A stretch of DNA of 64,000 nt, from positions 1,416,008-1,480,007 of the forward strand of contig JBFWNU010000001.1 of NCBI GenBank assembly GCA_050250895.1. The letters run 5' to 3'. The notes under the pieces were generated by a model, which was not told where the DNA came from, ran no database searches, and was given only the letters and a program-made list of their open reading frames with translations. The translations under genes and the position numbers were made by a program. This document shows positions 38,098-48,106 of this stretch, piece by piece. Numbering within the stretch: position 1 is the stretch's first letter; each line of letters begins with the position of its first letter. This DNA is from Vulcanimicrobiota bacterium. GTDB taxonomy: Bacteria > Vulcanimicrobiota > Xenobia > Xenobiales > JADMJV01.

Positions 38098-40259
38098 CCG
38101 AGTTTAGAACCACACCGCTCGAGCGGGGGGGCGTTTTGGTCGAGTGGGGTGACCTTCACCTCCAGGTCGGTGCCTATCCTGAGACCATCAAGGACACCAT
38201 GGCGCGCGACCCCGGTGTGCCTCAGCTCTATATCTTGCCGGATCAGCTTTTTGACGTGCCGCTGGGGGTCAGCGTGGCCGAGCTGGAGTTTCCGCTCTAC
38301 TACAACTACTACATCCGCGGCCAGAAACTTCGTTTCATCTGTCGTCGCTCACAGCTGCGTCCGGTCGTTCAGGTTCTCAAAGAGGCTCTCTTCGGACCCC
38401 CTCGGTTGGACCTCGAGGCGGAGTATCCCCAGGGCGCTCGCAGCTTTGGCTTTCCCAACCTCGAAGCAGAGATGTTTCGTTATAAGCTCAAAGACGGCAA
38501 GCCCCTGCGACTGCGGGATATGATCGAGCCCATTCTGTTGAACGAGCAAGGCCAGGTCGAGGTCGACGGGGTCAACATCTGGGCCATGGGAGATAACCGA
38601 TTTCGTTTGGCCCGCGAGGGGGTGTCTCACCTGGTGGTCTTCCAGCCCGTCGAGCCTCCCCCTATTCGGGCTGACGCCGTCAATCGTTATCAACCCGTCG
38701 ATTTCGGGGTCACGGTGCTCGGGGCCGGCCACGGTTTTGATGCCGAGACGCTGACCTCGGGCTTTATCGTGTGGCTCAATGGTCGGGGGGTGCTGGTCGA
38801 TCCGCCGGTGCACTCCACCGAGTGGCTGCGTCGCAACGGTATCGACGCCCGTCTGATCGCCGACATCGTGCTGACGCACTGCCATGCCGACCATGATTCC
38901 GGAACCTTGCAGAAAGTGCTCGAAGAGGGCCGCATTCGCCTGCACACTACCCCTACCGTGATGGACAGCTTCATCCGCAAGTACCGCGCCGTGACCGGCC
39001 TGTCGGCCGACAAGTTCGGACGGCTCTTCGACTTTCACCCGGTCATGGTGGGCCAGCCTATCAACATCGCCGGCGGGCAATTTCTTTTTCGCTACAATCT
39101 GCACCCCATCCCCACCCTCGGCTTCGTGGTTCGCTTTCAAGGTCGGCGTTTCGCCTATTCTTGCGACACGCTCTACGACCCGAAGACGATCCGTGACTGG
39201 GCCGACGACGGCATTCTCAGTCCTAGCCGTAAAGAAGACCTGCTCAACTTCGATTGGGAAGCTGACCTCATCTTGCATGAGGCCGGAATCCCCCCCATTC
39301 ACACGCCGCTCGACGTGCTGGCCGAGTTGCCCGAGGTCGTCAAGCGGCGTCTTTACGTTACTCACGTTTCTCCGTCGACGGTGCCCCCGGAGACCGGGCT
39401 GCGAGTAGCCCCGACCGGCCTCGAGAACACCATCAAGCTGTTCGTCGATCCGCCCGATGTCAGTCTGGCGCACCAGATGCTCGATGTGCTGGTGCACACC
39501 GACCTGTTTCGCTCGCTGCCCATCGAGAAGTCCCTCGACTTTCTGCGCATTGCCCGTCCCAGGACGTTCCAGGCTCGTGAGCAGATTATCCGCAAGGGTG
39601 ATCTGGGCGAGTGTTTCTATGTGGTCCAGTCGGGCGAGGCCGAAGTCATCCGTGATGGCTCGGTGGTCAAGGTGCTGGGTCGCTATGACTACTTCGGCGA
39701 GATGGCCATCGTGCTCGATCAGCCTCGCTACGCCGACGTGGTGGCTCGCACCCGGGTCGAGGTCATCATGATCGATCGCCTCGACTTTTTGCAGTTCATC
39801 GCGAATACAGAGATTCCGTCCCTGCTGCGCCAGGTGGCGCGCAACAAGATGACCGACGCCTGGCCAGTCATGAGCGCAAATCGCCACTTCCGACCCCTGA
39901 CGACCTTTCAGAAGACGCAACTTCTGGCCATCCTCAACACCCGCCAGTTCGCCGAGGGAGAGGCTCTCTATCGGATCGGGGGGCTGCCCTTGCAGCTCTT
40001 TTTGATCGCCGACGGCGACGTGCTTTTGCGCGATGAGCACAACCGCAAACTCAAGGTCGGTCGGGGCACCCTGCTGGGCCGCATTCCCGAAGAGGGACAG
40101 ATGGTCACCCATCGGGTCGAGGCCACCGCGGCCTCAGCCACGGTCAGAGTCTTTCAGGCCAGTCTCAAGCAATTGGCGCGATTTTTCCAGTCCAACCCCG
40201 GCACGTTCATTCGCATTCAACGCGCCATCCGCGAGAGCCCCTTCGGCACGACGCAGTGA
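38094..40259 (+). CDS. Metallo-beta-lactamase-fold hydrolase with tandem cNMP-binding domains (putative cyclic nucleotide phosphodiesterase)
   Basis: THCHADHD, HPIP, HE; FGEMA..PRYADV cNMP cassette; second degenerate cNMP domain. Confidence 0.85.
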   Translation: MTEFRTTPLERGGVLVEWGDLHLQVGAYPETIKDTMARDPGVPQLYILPDQLFDVPLGVSVAELEFPLYYNYYIRGQKLRFICRRSQLRPVVQVLKEALFGPPRLDLEAEYPQGARSFGFPNLEAEMFRYKLKDGKPLRLRDMIEPILLNEQGQVEVDGVNIWAMGDNRFRLAREGVSHLVVFQPVEPPPIRADAVNRYQPVDFGVTVLGAGHGFDAETLTSGFIVWLNGRGVLVDPPVHSTEWLRRNGIDARLIADIVLTHCHADHDSGTLQKVLEEGRIRLHTTPTVMDSFIRKYRAVTGLSADKFGRLFDFHPVMVGQPINIAGGQFLFRYNLHPIPTLGFVVRFQGRRFAYSCDTLYDPKTIRDWADDGILSPSRKEDLLNFDWEADLILHEAGIPPIHTPLDVLAELPEVVKRRLYVTHVSPSTVPPETGLRVAPTGLENTIKLFVDPPDVSLAHQMLDVLVHTDLFRSLPIEKSLDFLRIARPRTFQAREQIIRKGDLGECFYVVQSGEAEVIRDGSVVKVLGRYDYFGEMAIVLDQPRYADVVARTRVEVIMIDRLDFLQFIANTEIPSLLRQVARNKMTDAWPVMSANRHFRPLTTFQKTQLLAILNTRQFAEGEALYRIGGLPLQLFLIADGDVLLRDEHNRKLKVGRGTLLGRIPEEGQMVTHRVEATAASATVRVFQASLKQLARFFQSNPGTFIRIQRAIRESPFGTTQ

Positions 40260-40260
40260 C

Positions 40261-40318
40261 TTGCGCGCAGATTGCGCGCAGAAATCGCGTTGACAGGTGC
40301 GCGCTCCGGCTGTAGCCT
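40261..40318 (+). promoter_or_regulatory. Sigma70 promoter with tandem operator-like repeats
   Basis: TTGACA(40290)-N17-TAGCCT(40313)-N6-ATG; TTGCGCGCAGA twice at 40261 and 40272, TGCGCGC again in the spacer. Confidence 0.75.
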
Positions 40319-40324
40319 GGAAAC

Positions 40325-41278
40325 ATGAATCCTGAAGTTCGCTTCCGCGTCCCGGCTTCGGTCTTTGAATTGGCCGAAGAAGAGGCTCTCAAGGCCGGCC
40401 TCGAATCGGGACAGGGCCGTTCCACCGGCGTTTCTCGCCTGGCCAGAGCCGCTCTTTACGCTGTGCTGGGTCTGCCGTTGCCGCGCGAGATCCATCGCCT
40501 TCAAGCCGAGCGCTTCCAAGCGGTGCGCCAGGCTCGCGATGCCTCGACATTTCGCTTCGAGGTGCATCACAAGCTCGACGACGGGTTCCGGCGCGAAGAG
40601 ATGTTGCGAACGGCCCGGCCCGTCCCGGCCCGGACTACCACGGTCTTCGAGTTCGAGGCGGGAAGCGTGCCGGATTTCCTGGCTCCGATGGTTCGACTAG
40701 CCGAGGACGGGTTGCCCCTGACCGAACTCAACTTCGAGGGAGAGTATTCCTCGCGACCCGATTGCCTGGGCGAACTGGTCACGGCCGGTGGACAGGCGAC
40801 ACTGGCCGAAGTCGAGGCCGCCGTGGCCGCTTATCAGCAGGGCCAGGCAGCCAGGGCTGTCCGCCAACGCTCGCGCCAACAACAGCGAGAGCGTGGAGCT
40901 GAGCAGTTGGAGCGCTGGCTGCGAGAACACGGCAGCGAGCTGTTGTGTGCCCGTCACCAGGAGGGGTTCGAGTGGCTTACGTTAGCCCAGCGTGAGTTCG
41001 CCGAGCAACAACTGCGAGCCAGCGGGCTCGAAGAGTTCACGCTGGTCGACGAGACGGTCGAGTTGGGGGGCGAACGGGCCTGGCTGTTCCATCTTCGACC
41101 CGCTCGCGAACCGGGCCTCGAGGCCATCACCACCCTTCGTAGCCTGCGCCAGCGACTGGACCCGTCCATCCAGACCACCCTGGTGGCCGGCGGAGAGCCT
41201 CGTCACGCCTTCGAGGCGGTGGCCATGGTGGTGCCCACTCCGCTCGGCCCTTTGCGTTTCATCAACAAGACCCTGTAA
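40325..41278 (+). CDS. Hypothetical protein with ribbon-helix-helix-like N-terminus
   Basis: EVRFRVP strand followed by two helices (VSRLARAAL). Confidence 0.6.
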   Translation: MNPEVRFRVPASVFELAEEEALKAGLESGQGRSTGVSRLARAALYAVLGLPLPREIHRLQAERFQAVRQARDASTFRFEVHHKLDDGFRREEMLRTARPVPARTTTVFEFEAGSVPDFLAPMVRLAEDGLPLTELNFEGEYSSRPDCLGELVTAGGQATLAEVEAAVAAYQQGQAARAVRQRSRQQQRERGAEQLERWLREHGSELLCARHQEGFEWLTLAQREFAEQQLRASGLEEFTLVDETVELGGERAWLFHLRPAREPGLEAITTLRSLRQRLDPSIQTTLVAGGEPRHAFEAVAMVVPTPLGPLRFINKTL

Positions 41279-41289
41279 GGAGGCTCTTT

Positions 41290-41583
41290 ATGGCTTATCG
41301 CCCCTGCCGCTTTCGTAGTTCGGTGCTGGGTGTGTTTCAGTGCGAGAAGCACATGTTCCAACACGCCTTTCCCGAGCTCTATAACGAACTCTACGAGTTC
41401 TGCCTCGAGCACGTTCCCGACCGATTCTGCGACTATCTCGACTTCGGCTTCTCGTTGGAAGGCGAGCGCCCTCGCATCTTTATCACCTGCACGCATCCTT
41501 ACCAGTCTCGGCCGCTGGCGAGTTTCCGCGACTGCATCGAGGAGTGTGATTATCCGTACAAGGAGAAAGAGTCTCTAGGCTAG
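41290..41583 (+). CDS. Small Cys-rich hypothetical protein
   Basis: 97 aa, 7 Cys, AAGGAGG RBS. Confidence 0.7.
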   Translation: MAYRPCRFRSSVLGVFQCEKHMFQHAFPELYNELYEFCLEHVPDRFCDYLDFGFSLEGERPRIFITCTHPYQSRPLASFRDCIEECDYPYKEKESLG

Positions 41584-41606
41584 AAGGGCAGGCCAGGGGG
41601 TCTATC

Positions 41607-42935
41607 GTGAATGCACGTATCGTCTGTCGTTCCTGTGAGCGAGACGTCTTCGTCGAGGCCGCTACTGCTCTGGGATATCAGACAGGCGCCCACCATAACT
41701 GGGCAGAGCTGCTGATCCTTGATTTGCGAATCGCCGAGGCCGAAGCCCTGTGGGAAGAATATCTGAGGGCCGACCCGCCGGGTACTGTGGTGCTGCTCAC
41801 CGCTGACCGCGAGCGGTGTCTAGAGTTGCTACCGGACCTGCCCGGCAAGCCCGTGGATGTGTTGATTCCGCCCATCGAGTCCGACCGGGTCATTGCGCGT
41901 ATCGCTCGGCTGGGGCGTAGTCATCGTCCCGAGAGCTTTCTCGAGCAGTTGATCGAGCATATCCCCCACATGATTTTCGTCAAAGAGGCCAGTACGCTTC
42001 GCTTCGTCCACTTTAACGCGGCGGGCGAAAACTTGCTGGGCATTCCTCGAAGCGAACTCATCGGCAAACGCGATCAGGATTTCTTTCCCCCACACGAGAG
42101 CGATTTCTTCACCGAAAGGGATCGCGAAGTGATTGCCGGGGGTCGACCGCTAGAGATTCCCGAGGAGCCCGTCCAGACTCGCTTTGGCGAGCGCCTGTTG
42201 CGCACCATCAAGATTCCGATCCGTGATGCCCAGGGCCGTATCTGTTATCTGCTTGGCCTTTCCGAAGACATCACCGAGCAGAAACGGGCCGAAGAGGCTC
42301 TGCGCGGACTGCAAGCCCGCTTGCGTTCGGCCCAGGAGCGCGAGCGACTGTCGATCGCCCGCGAGGTTCACGACGAACTCGGCCAGCTGCTGACGGCCCT
42401 CAAGCTCGATATTGCCTGGCTCGAACGCCGATTCGAGAACGATATCGCCATTCGGGACAAGCTCGAAGGCATGACCGTGCTGGTCGACAGCACCATCGGC
42501 ACGGCCCGCCGCATCGCCCATAGCCTGCGTCCGCAGATCCTCGACGACCTGGGTCTGCTGGCCGGTCTCGACTGGTTGGTTCGCGAGATCTGCGAACGCG
42601 GTGGGGTTCGTTGTCAGGTCCATTGCGATTTTGGCGATGGTGAGCCCTCGGAGGACGTGCGAGTGGCTCTCTTTCGTATCTGCCAGGAAGCGCTGACCAA
42701 TGTGGTGCGTCATGCCCGGGCCACCCAGGCCGAAGTCACTCTCAAGGCGGTGTCGGGGTCGGTACGTCTGGTGGTAGAAGACAACGGGCAGGGGATTGCC
42801 AGCGAGAACCTCACCGGCGTCACTCTGGGTCTAGCCGGCATGCGCGAACGGGCCGAACTTTTCGGTGGCCAACTCACGATCGAGCCTGGGGCTCAGCGTG
42901 GCACCAGGCTCGAGGTCATTCTGCCTACATACTGA
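41607..42935 (+). CDS. Soluble PAS histidine kinase (HisKA_3) with degenerate N-terminal receiver
   Basis: AREVHDELGQ, LRPQILDDLGL, QEALTNVVRHA, DNGQG, GLAGMRER. Confidence 0.92.
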   Translation: MNARIVCRSCERDVFVEAATALGYQTGAHHNWAELLILDLRIAEAEALWEEYLRADPPGTVVLLTADRERCLELLPDLPGKPVDVLIPPIESDRVIARIARLGRSHRPESFLEQLIEHIPHMIFVKEASTLRFVHFNAAGENLLGIPRSELIGKRDQDFFPPHESDFFTERDREVIAGGRPLEIPEEPVQTRFGERLLRTIKIPIRDAQGRICYLLGLSEDITEQKRAEEALRGLQARLRSAQERERLSIAREVHDELGQLLTALKLDIAWLERRFENDIAIRDKLEGMTVLVDSTIGTARRIAHSLRPQILDDLGLLAGLDWLVREICERGGVRCQVHCDFGDGEPSEDVRVALFRICQEALTNVVRHARATQAEVTLKAVSGSVRLVVEDNGQGIASENLTGVTLGLAGMRERAELFGGQLTIEPGAQRGTRLEVILPTY

Positions 42936-45033
42936 CCATGGCCACCGAGTTGACGTTGACCTTCGGGGCGATTTCGTTCCAGCTGAGCAACACCAGGTTG
43001 GGGAAGGAGCGCTCGGTCAGTTTGCGCAAGGCCGGTCGCACGGGCGGCGAGGTCAGCAGAATCGGCTGCAAACCGCGCTCTTGCAGGCTTTGCACTTGAG
43101 CCGAGATAGCCTGTAGGATCTCTTGACCGACGTTGGGGTCGAGGGTCAAGAACGAGCCCTGTTCGGTTCTCTGGATAGCCGCCTGGATGGTCTGCTCGAT
43201 TCCCGGGTCGAGGGTGATGACGTTGATGGTTCCCTCGTTGTTCATGTACTCCTTGCAGATCGAGCGCGACAGCGAAACGCGGGCGAACTCGGTGAGCATC
43301 TCGGGATCCTTGGTCATGCCGACGTTGTCGGCCAGGGTTTCTAGAATCGACACCAGGTCACGGATAGAGACGCGTTCTTTGACCAGGTTCTGAAGCACCT
43401 TCTGGCATTCGCCCAGAGTAAGAGCATCGGGAATGACCTCTTTGACCACGGCCGGGTGGGTCTTCTTGATGGTGTCGATGAGAGCCTGAACTTCTTGGCG
43501 ACCCAGCAGCTCGCTGGCGTGGCTGCGAACCACCTCGGTCAACTGGGTGGCCACTACCGATACCGGGTCGAAGATCATACAACCGTAGCGCTCGGCGTCG
43601 CCGCGCTGTTCGGGCGAGATCCAGACGCCCGGCATTCCGTAGGTCGGGTCGACCGTCTTGATACCGCGCAGATTCTTGAGTTTGTCTTCAGGACCGATGG
43701 CCAGGAACTGGTTAACCTGGACCTCGCCCTGCGCGACCTCGATCTCTTTGATCTTGATGACGTAAGTGTTCGGTTTGAGCTGCAGGTTGTCGCGGAAACG
43801 CACGCCCGGAACCACGATACCGAGTTCCATGGCCACGTGACGGCGAATCGAGGTTACGCGTTCGAGCAGTTTGGCGCCCTGGTTGGGGTCCACCAGACTC
43901 AGCAGGCCACGACCGACCTCCAGCGAGATGGGGTCGACCTGCATCAATTGGACGACGCTCTCGGGCTTCTTGTTCTCTTTCTTCTTGGACTCTTGAACGT
44001 CTTGCTCGACCACTTCTTGAACGACTTCTTTGGACTTGGTCAAGACCACGCCGAAGTAGTAGAAGAATCCGCCGAGCACCAAAAAGGGGATCGGCGGGAA
44101 GGCTACCAGCCCGGTAAAGCCCAGCAGCGAGATCATGACCATAAAGCCGGCCGACAGCTTCATTACGTCGGGTCGGGCCGTGATCTGCTTGGCTAAGTCG
44201 TCACCGAGGTTGGAGTCCGAGGCGGCGCGGGATACCACCATACCCATCGAAGTCGACATCAGGAAGGCCGGCACCGTGGTCACCAGGCCGTTGCCGATGC
44301 TCAAAATAGCGTAGGTGTTAAGGGCGTCGCCGGCGCTCATTCCGTGATAGAGAATGCCGATCAAGATACCGCCCACGACGTTGACGATCATAATCACGAT
44401 CGACGCCATCGAGTCGCCTTTGACGAACTTACCGGCACCGTCCATCGAGCCGTAGAAGTCTGATTCGCGTTCGATTTGACGCCGCTTGAACTTGGCCTCG
44501 TCGGCGTTGATGGTGCCCGAGTGCAGGTCGGCGTCGATGGCCATCTGCTTACCCGGCATGGCATCGAGGGTAAAGCGGGCGGCCACCTGGGCGATACGCT
44601 CGGCACCGTTGGTGATGACCATCAGCTGAATGATGATGAGAATCAAAAACATGACGAAGCCGACTACCAGGTTGCCGCCGACCACGACCTTACCGAAGGC
44701 CGGAATCAGCCGGCCGGCACCGATGGGGTCGCCGGTTACAGGGTCTTTGATGTTACCGTAGAGCAGCACCATGCGGGTGGAAGACACGTCGAGAGCGAGT
44801 CGAAACAACGTCGCCACCAGCAACAAAGTTGGAAATACCGAGAATTCGAGAGGTTCTTCGATGTAGATCGAAATGAGGATGGTGATAATGGCCGAGGCGA
44901 TGTTGAGCACCAGCAACATGTCGAGCAGCTCGGGGGGCATCGGCACGATCAGCATGAACACGATGCCGATGACGCCGACCGCGGTGGCCACGTCCGAGAA
45001 CTTGAGTAGTTTAATTAAAGGATGGTCTTGCAC
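42925..45033 (-). CDS. flhA: Flagellar-type export gate protein
   Basis: ARFTLDAMPGKQMAIDADL, FYGSMDGAGKFVKGD, VDPTYG, ERVSIRDL. Confidence 0.97.
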   Translation of the reverse strand: MQDHPLIKLLKFSDVATAVGVIGIVFMLIVPMPPELLDMLLVLNIASAIITILISIYIEEPLEFSVFPTLLLVATLFRLALDVSSTRMVLLYGNIKDPVTGDPIGAGRLIPAFGKVVVGGNLVVGFVMFLILIIIQLMVITNGAERIAQVAARFTLDAMPGKQMAIDADLHSGTINADEAKFKRRQIERESDFYGSMDGAGKFVKGDSMASIVIMIVNVVGGILIGILYHGMSAGDALNTYAILSIGNGLVTTVPAFLMSTSMGMVVSRAASDSNLGDDLAKQITARPDVMKLSAGFMVMISLLGFTGLVAFPPIPFLVLGGFFYYFGVVLTKSKEVVQEVVEQDVQESKKKENKKPESVVQLMQVDPISLEVGRGLLSLVDPNQGAKLLERVTSIRRHVAMELGIVVPGVRFRDNLQLKPNTYVIKIKEIEVAQGEVQVNQFLAIGPEDKLKNLRGIKTVDPTYGMPGVWISPEQRGDAERYGCMIFDPVSVVATQLTEVVRSHASELLGRQEVQALIDTIKKTHPAVVKEVIPDALTLGECQKVLQNLVKERVSIRDLVSILETLADNVGMTKDPEMLTEFARVSLSRSICKEYMNNEGTINVITLDPGIEQTIQAAIQRTEQGSFLTLDPNVGQEILQAISAQVQSLQERGLQPILLTSPPVRPALRKLTERSFPNLVLLSWNEIAPKVNVNSVAMVSM

Positions 45034-45049
45034 GCTCGCTCCTTAGCCT

Positions 45050-46135
45050 CTACCGTCGTTTCTGTCTTCTCATCTGTCGTTTTCGCTTCAATTTTATGAC
45101 ATAGGCCAGAACTTCGGCCACCGCCTTGTAGAGCTCGGTGGGGATGGCCTGGCCCACTTCGCAGGCTCCGAACAGAGTTCGGGCCAGCTCGACGTTCTCT
45201 ACGATGGGCACATCGTGGTCTTCGGCCAGCACCTTGATCTGCTGGGCAATCAGCTTTTCGCCTTTGGCTACCACCGTGGGCACCGGCGATTCGTCCTTAT
45301 CGTATTTGAGCGCAATGGCCAGGTGGGTGGGGTTGGTGACCACCGCCGACGAGTTGGGAACCTCTTCCATCATGCGACCCTGCGAACCCTGGCGCATCAA
45401 CTGGCGCAGCTTGGCTTTGACCTGGGGGTTACCTTCGGTCTCTTTATACTCGTCTTTGAGTTCCTGGAAGCTCATCTTCATCTGCTTCATGAACTGCTTG
45501 TACTGAAAGGCGTAGTCGACCGCCGCGATGACGGTCATGCCGATCAAGACCTTCTTGACGATCTGCATGCAAATCGAAGTCACCAGTTGAGTGGTGGTGA
45601 GCAATTCCCAGTCGGCAGCCAGCATGAAGTTGGCCAGTTCTCCTTTGACCACCGACAGACAGATCCACCCCACGATCGTCAGCTTGGCGATCTGCTTGAA
45701 CAGCTCCATCAGCGACTTCATCGAGAAGATGCGCTTGAAGCCCTCGACCGGGTTGATCTTGTTGAGGGTGGGCTTGAGCGGCTCGAAGGTGAACAGCAGC
45801 TTGATCTGGGCCACGTTAGCGATGACTGCCATGATGAACACGCCCGCCAACAGGGGAGCCAGGGCAATAGCCACCGTGCCGACCCACCAGATCATCTCTG
45901 GCAGTAGCTCGCGCTCTTCGAAATTGTAATAAGGGATCTGCTCCCAGGCCTTTTTGGTAAAATCGGTGATGGTTTTCCACATGAAGCCACCGGCCGCATA
46001 CAGCATGCCGACGGCCGCCAGCAAGCCGGCGGTCGAAATGACCTCCTGGCTCTTCATCACCTGGCCTTTCTTGCGTTGCTCTTGAAGTTTATGTTCGGTT
46101 GGTTCTTCGGTTTTATCGCTATCCTGGCCACCCAA
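45050..46135 (-). CDS. flhB: Export switch protein
   Basis: KTEEPT, KETEGNP, intact NPTH autocleavage site. Confidence 0.97.
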   Translation of the reverse strand: MGGQDSDKTEEPTEHKLQEQRKKGQVMKSQEVISTAGLLAAVGMLYAAGGFMWKTITDFTKKAWEQIPYYNFEERELLPEMIWWVGTVAIALAPLLAGVFIMAVIANVAQIKLLFTFEPLKPTLNKINPVEGFKRIFSMKSLMELFKQIAKLTIVGWICLSVVKGELANFMLAADWELLTTTQLVTSICMQIVKKVLIGMTVIAAVDYAFQYKQFMKQMKMSFQELKDEYKETEGNPQVKAKLRQLMRQGSQGRMMEEVPNSSAVVTNPTHLAIALKYDKDESPVPTVVAKGEKLIAQQIKVLAEDHDVPIVENVELARTLFGACEVGQAIPTELYKAVAEVLAYVIKLKRKRQMRRQKRR

Positions 46136-46153
46136 AGCTGCCTCACCTCCTTT

Positions 46154-46954
46154 CTATTTTGGCGTTACTTCTCCGATAGTCCTGAAGACATCATCCAGAC
46201 AGATGTCGAACTGTTTTGTCAGCATGGTCAAAATGACCGGCAACCCGACCGAGAACATGGTCAAGCCGACGGCGATGTTGAGCGGGAAGCTCAACATGAA
46301 AACGTTCATTTGGGGGGCCACCCGGGCCAACAGCCCCAGCGCCACCTGAGTGATAAAGAGTGCGGCCAGCGCGGGCGAAGCGATCTGCAGGCCGATCACG
46401 AAGATCGAGGCGCTGATATCCACGAAGTGCGAGACCAGGTTTCCGTCGACGTTAAAGCCGGTCAGGGGCACGACCTCGAAGCTCTTGTAGATGGCGATCA
46501 TCAGCTGGTGATGGCCGTCGACCACGAGATAGAGCAGCATCGCGATGTAGAAATTCAGGCGCATCAGCAGTTTCGAGGCGCCGCCTGAGGAGGGGTCCAT
46601 GGAGGCGGCTACCGACAGACCCATCTGGATGTCCATCATTTCGCCGCCAAACTGAGCCGCCGCCATCACCGTAAACGAGGCGAACCCGATGGCCAGGCCC
46701 ACCACCAACTGAGTCAGGATGGCCAGAATAAAGCCCAGGGGCTCGGTGGGAAAATAGGCGGGAATGGGCAGATTGGGAAAGGCGACGATCGTCAACAGCG
46801 AGGCGATACCGATGCGCACCTTCGAGTTGTAGTGCTTACTACCGAAGATCGGGGCCTGAATCATCACCATCACGATGCGAGCAAAGGCTAGCAGCCCGCA
46901 CCCCAGTGCGATCCAGAGGACCTCGTTGATTTCGCGCTGTCCTGCCATGGCCAT
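46154..46954 (-). CDS. fliR: Export apparatus protein
   Basis: DIQMGL, DGHH, RVAPQMNVF. Confidence 0.95.
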   Translation of the reverse strand: MAMAGQREINEVLWIALGCGLLAFARIVMVMIQAPIFGSKHYNSKVRIGIASLLTIVAFPNLPIPAYFPTEPLGFILAILTQLVVGLAIGFASFTVMAAAQFGGEMMDIQMGLSVAASMDPSSGGASKLLMRLNFYIAMLLYLVVDGHHQLMIAIYKSFEVVPLTGFNVDGNLVSHFVDISASIFVIGLQIASPALAALFITQVALGLLARVAPQMNVFMLSFPLNIAVGLTMFSVGLPVILTMLTKQFDICLDDVFRTIGEVTPK

Positions 46955-46960
46955 CGTGCG

Positions 46961-47260
46961 TTACCCCGATGGTCCTATGCTGCCCACGTCGGTAAAGATG
47001 CGGATGGCGTAACTGCTGACCATGTTGGCAATCCAGGTTCCGCAGACCACCAGCGAGAGGAACGTGGCCACGATCTTGGGCACGAACGACAGGGTCTGTT
47101 CCTGTACCTGAGTCGTGGCTTGCAAGATACTGATAAATAGACCGACTGCCAGAGCCGACATCAACATGGGGGCAGAGAGGATCAAGATGAGATACAATGC
47201 CTCCGTACAGATCTCCATGATGTAGGCATCTGTGAACATCTCTTCAGCGAATATCAGCAT
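46961..47260 (-). CDS. fliQ: Export apparatus protein
   Basis: QATTQVQEQTLSFVPK. Confidence 0.96.
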   Translation of the reverse strand: MLIFAEEMFTDAYIMEICTEALYLILILSAPMLMSALAVGLFISILQATTQVQEQTLSFVPKIVATFLSLVVCGTWIANMVSSYAIRIFTDVGSIGPSG

Positions 47261-47305
47261 GTCGTTTCCTCCCTTCTTGAAAAATAGTCAACCAACGAGC
47301 CGCAC

Positions 47306-48106
47306 CTATGGAGGCATGTTCTCCATGTGGAAGCTCTTGACCAGGCCTTTGATGATCAGGTGCCAACCGTCGATCATGACGAACAGCAACAGTTTGAACG
47401 GCAAAGAGATGGTCATCGGGCTGAGCATGAACATACCCATCGACATCAGCACCGAGGCCACAATCATATCGATGACCAGAAATGGCAGATAGAGCAAGAA
47501 GCCGATCTCGAAGGCGGTCTTGATCTCGGAGAGCACGAAAGCCGGCAACAGAACGTAGATGGGCGCGTCGTTGCGCGACTCGACCTTCTGTTGAGACAGT
47601 TCCAGGAAGAGGATCAGGTCCTTGTCGCGGCACTGCAACAGCATGAACTGTCGGGGCGGGGTAGTCAGCTTGACCATGAACTCTGGCTGCTCCATGGTGC
47701 CGGCCAGATAGGGCTGGATGGCCTCCTTGTTCATCTTGATCCCGACCGGGGCCATGACGTACATGGTGATGAAGAGCGCCAGGCCCATCAACACCTGGGT
47801 AGACGGCACCTGTTGCGTGCCCAGGGCGGTGCGCAAGAAGCTCAGCGTGATGGTCGTCCTGATGAAGGCGGTGCTCATGATCAGGATGTACGGGGCCAAC
47901 GTCAAGGTGGTCAGGAAGAACATGACCTGCAGGAACGATGAGGTCTTGGCTCGTTCGTCCTGGTTGGCTCCGTCGATGGTGATCTTGGGCATCTCGATGC
48001 TGGGGAACTCGTTCTGGGCCTCGACCGGAGAGTAGGCGCCGATCAGACCCACCAGCACCACGGCCAGGAGGAGAATGCCCAACCAGCGGCCGGTTCGAGC
48101 GCTCAT
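47306..48106 (-). CDS. fliP: Export apparatus protein with signal peptide
   Basis: ALGTQQVP, PAFVLSEIKTAF, MGMFMLSP, LPFKLLLF. Confidence 0.97.
   Translation of the reverse strand: MSARTGRWLGILLLAVVLVGLIGAYSPVEAQNEFPSIEMPKITIDGANQDERAKTSSFLQVMFFLTTLTLAPYILIMSTAFIRTTITLSFLRTALGTQQVPSTQVLMGLALFITMYVMAPVGIKMNKEAIQPYLAGTMEQPEFMVKLTTPPRQFMLLQCRDKDLILFLELSQQKVESRNDAPIYVLLPAFVLSEIKTAFEIGFLLYLPFLVIDMIVASVLMSMGMFMLSPMTISLPFKLLLFVMIDGWHLIIKGLVKSFHMENMPP

Noticed and set aside
19675-43716. Other GTTAAC hexamers near 19675, 21054 and 43711
   Set aside because: Single sites inside coding regions with no phased partner noticed.
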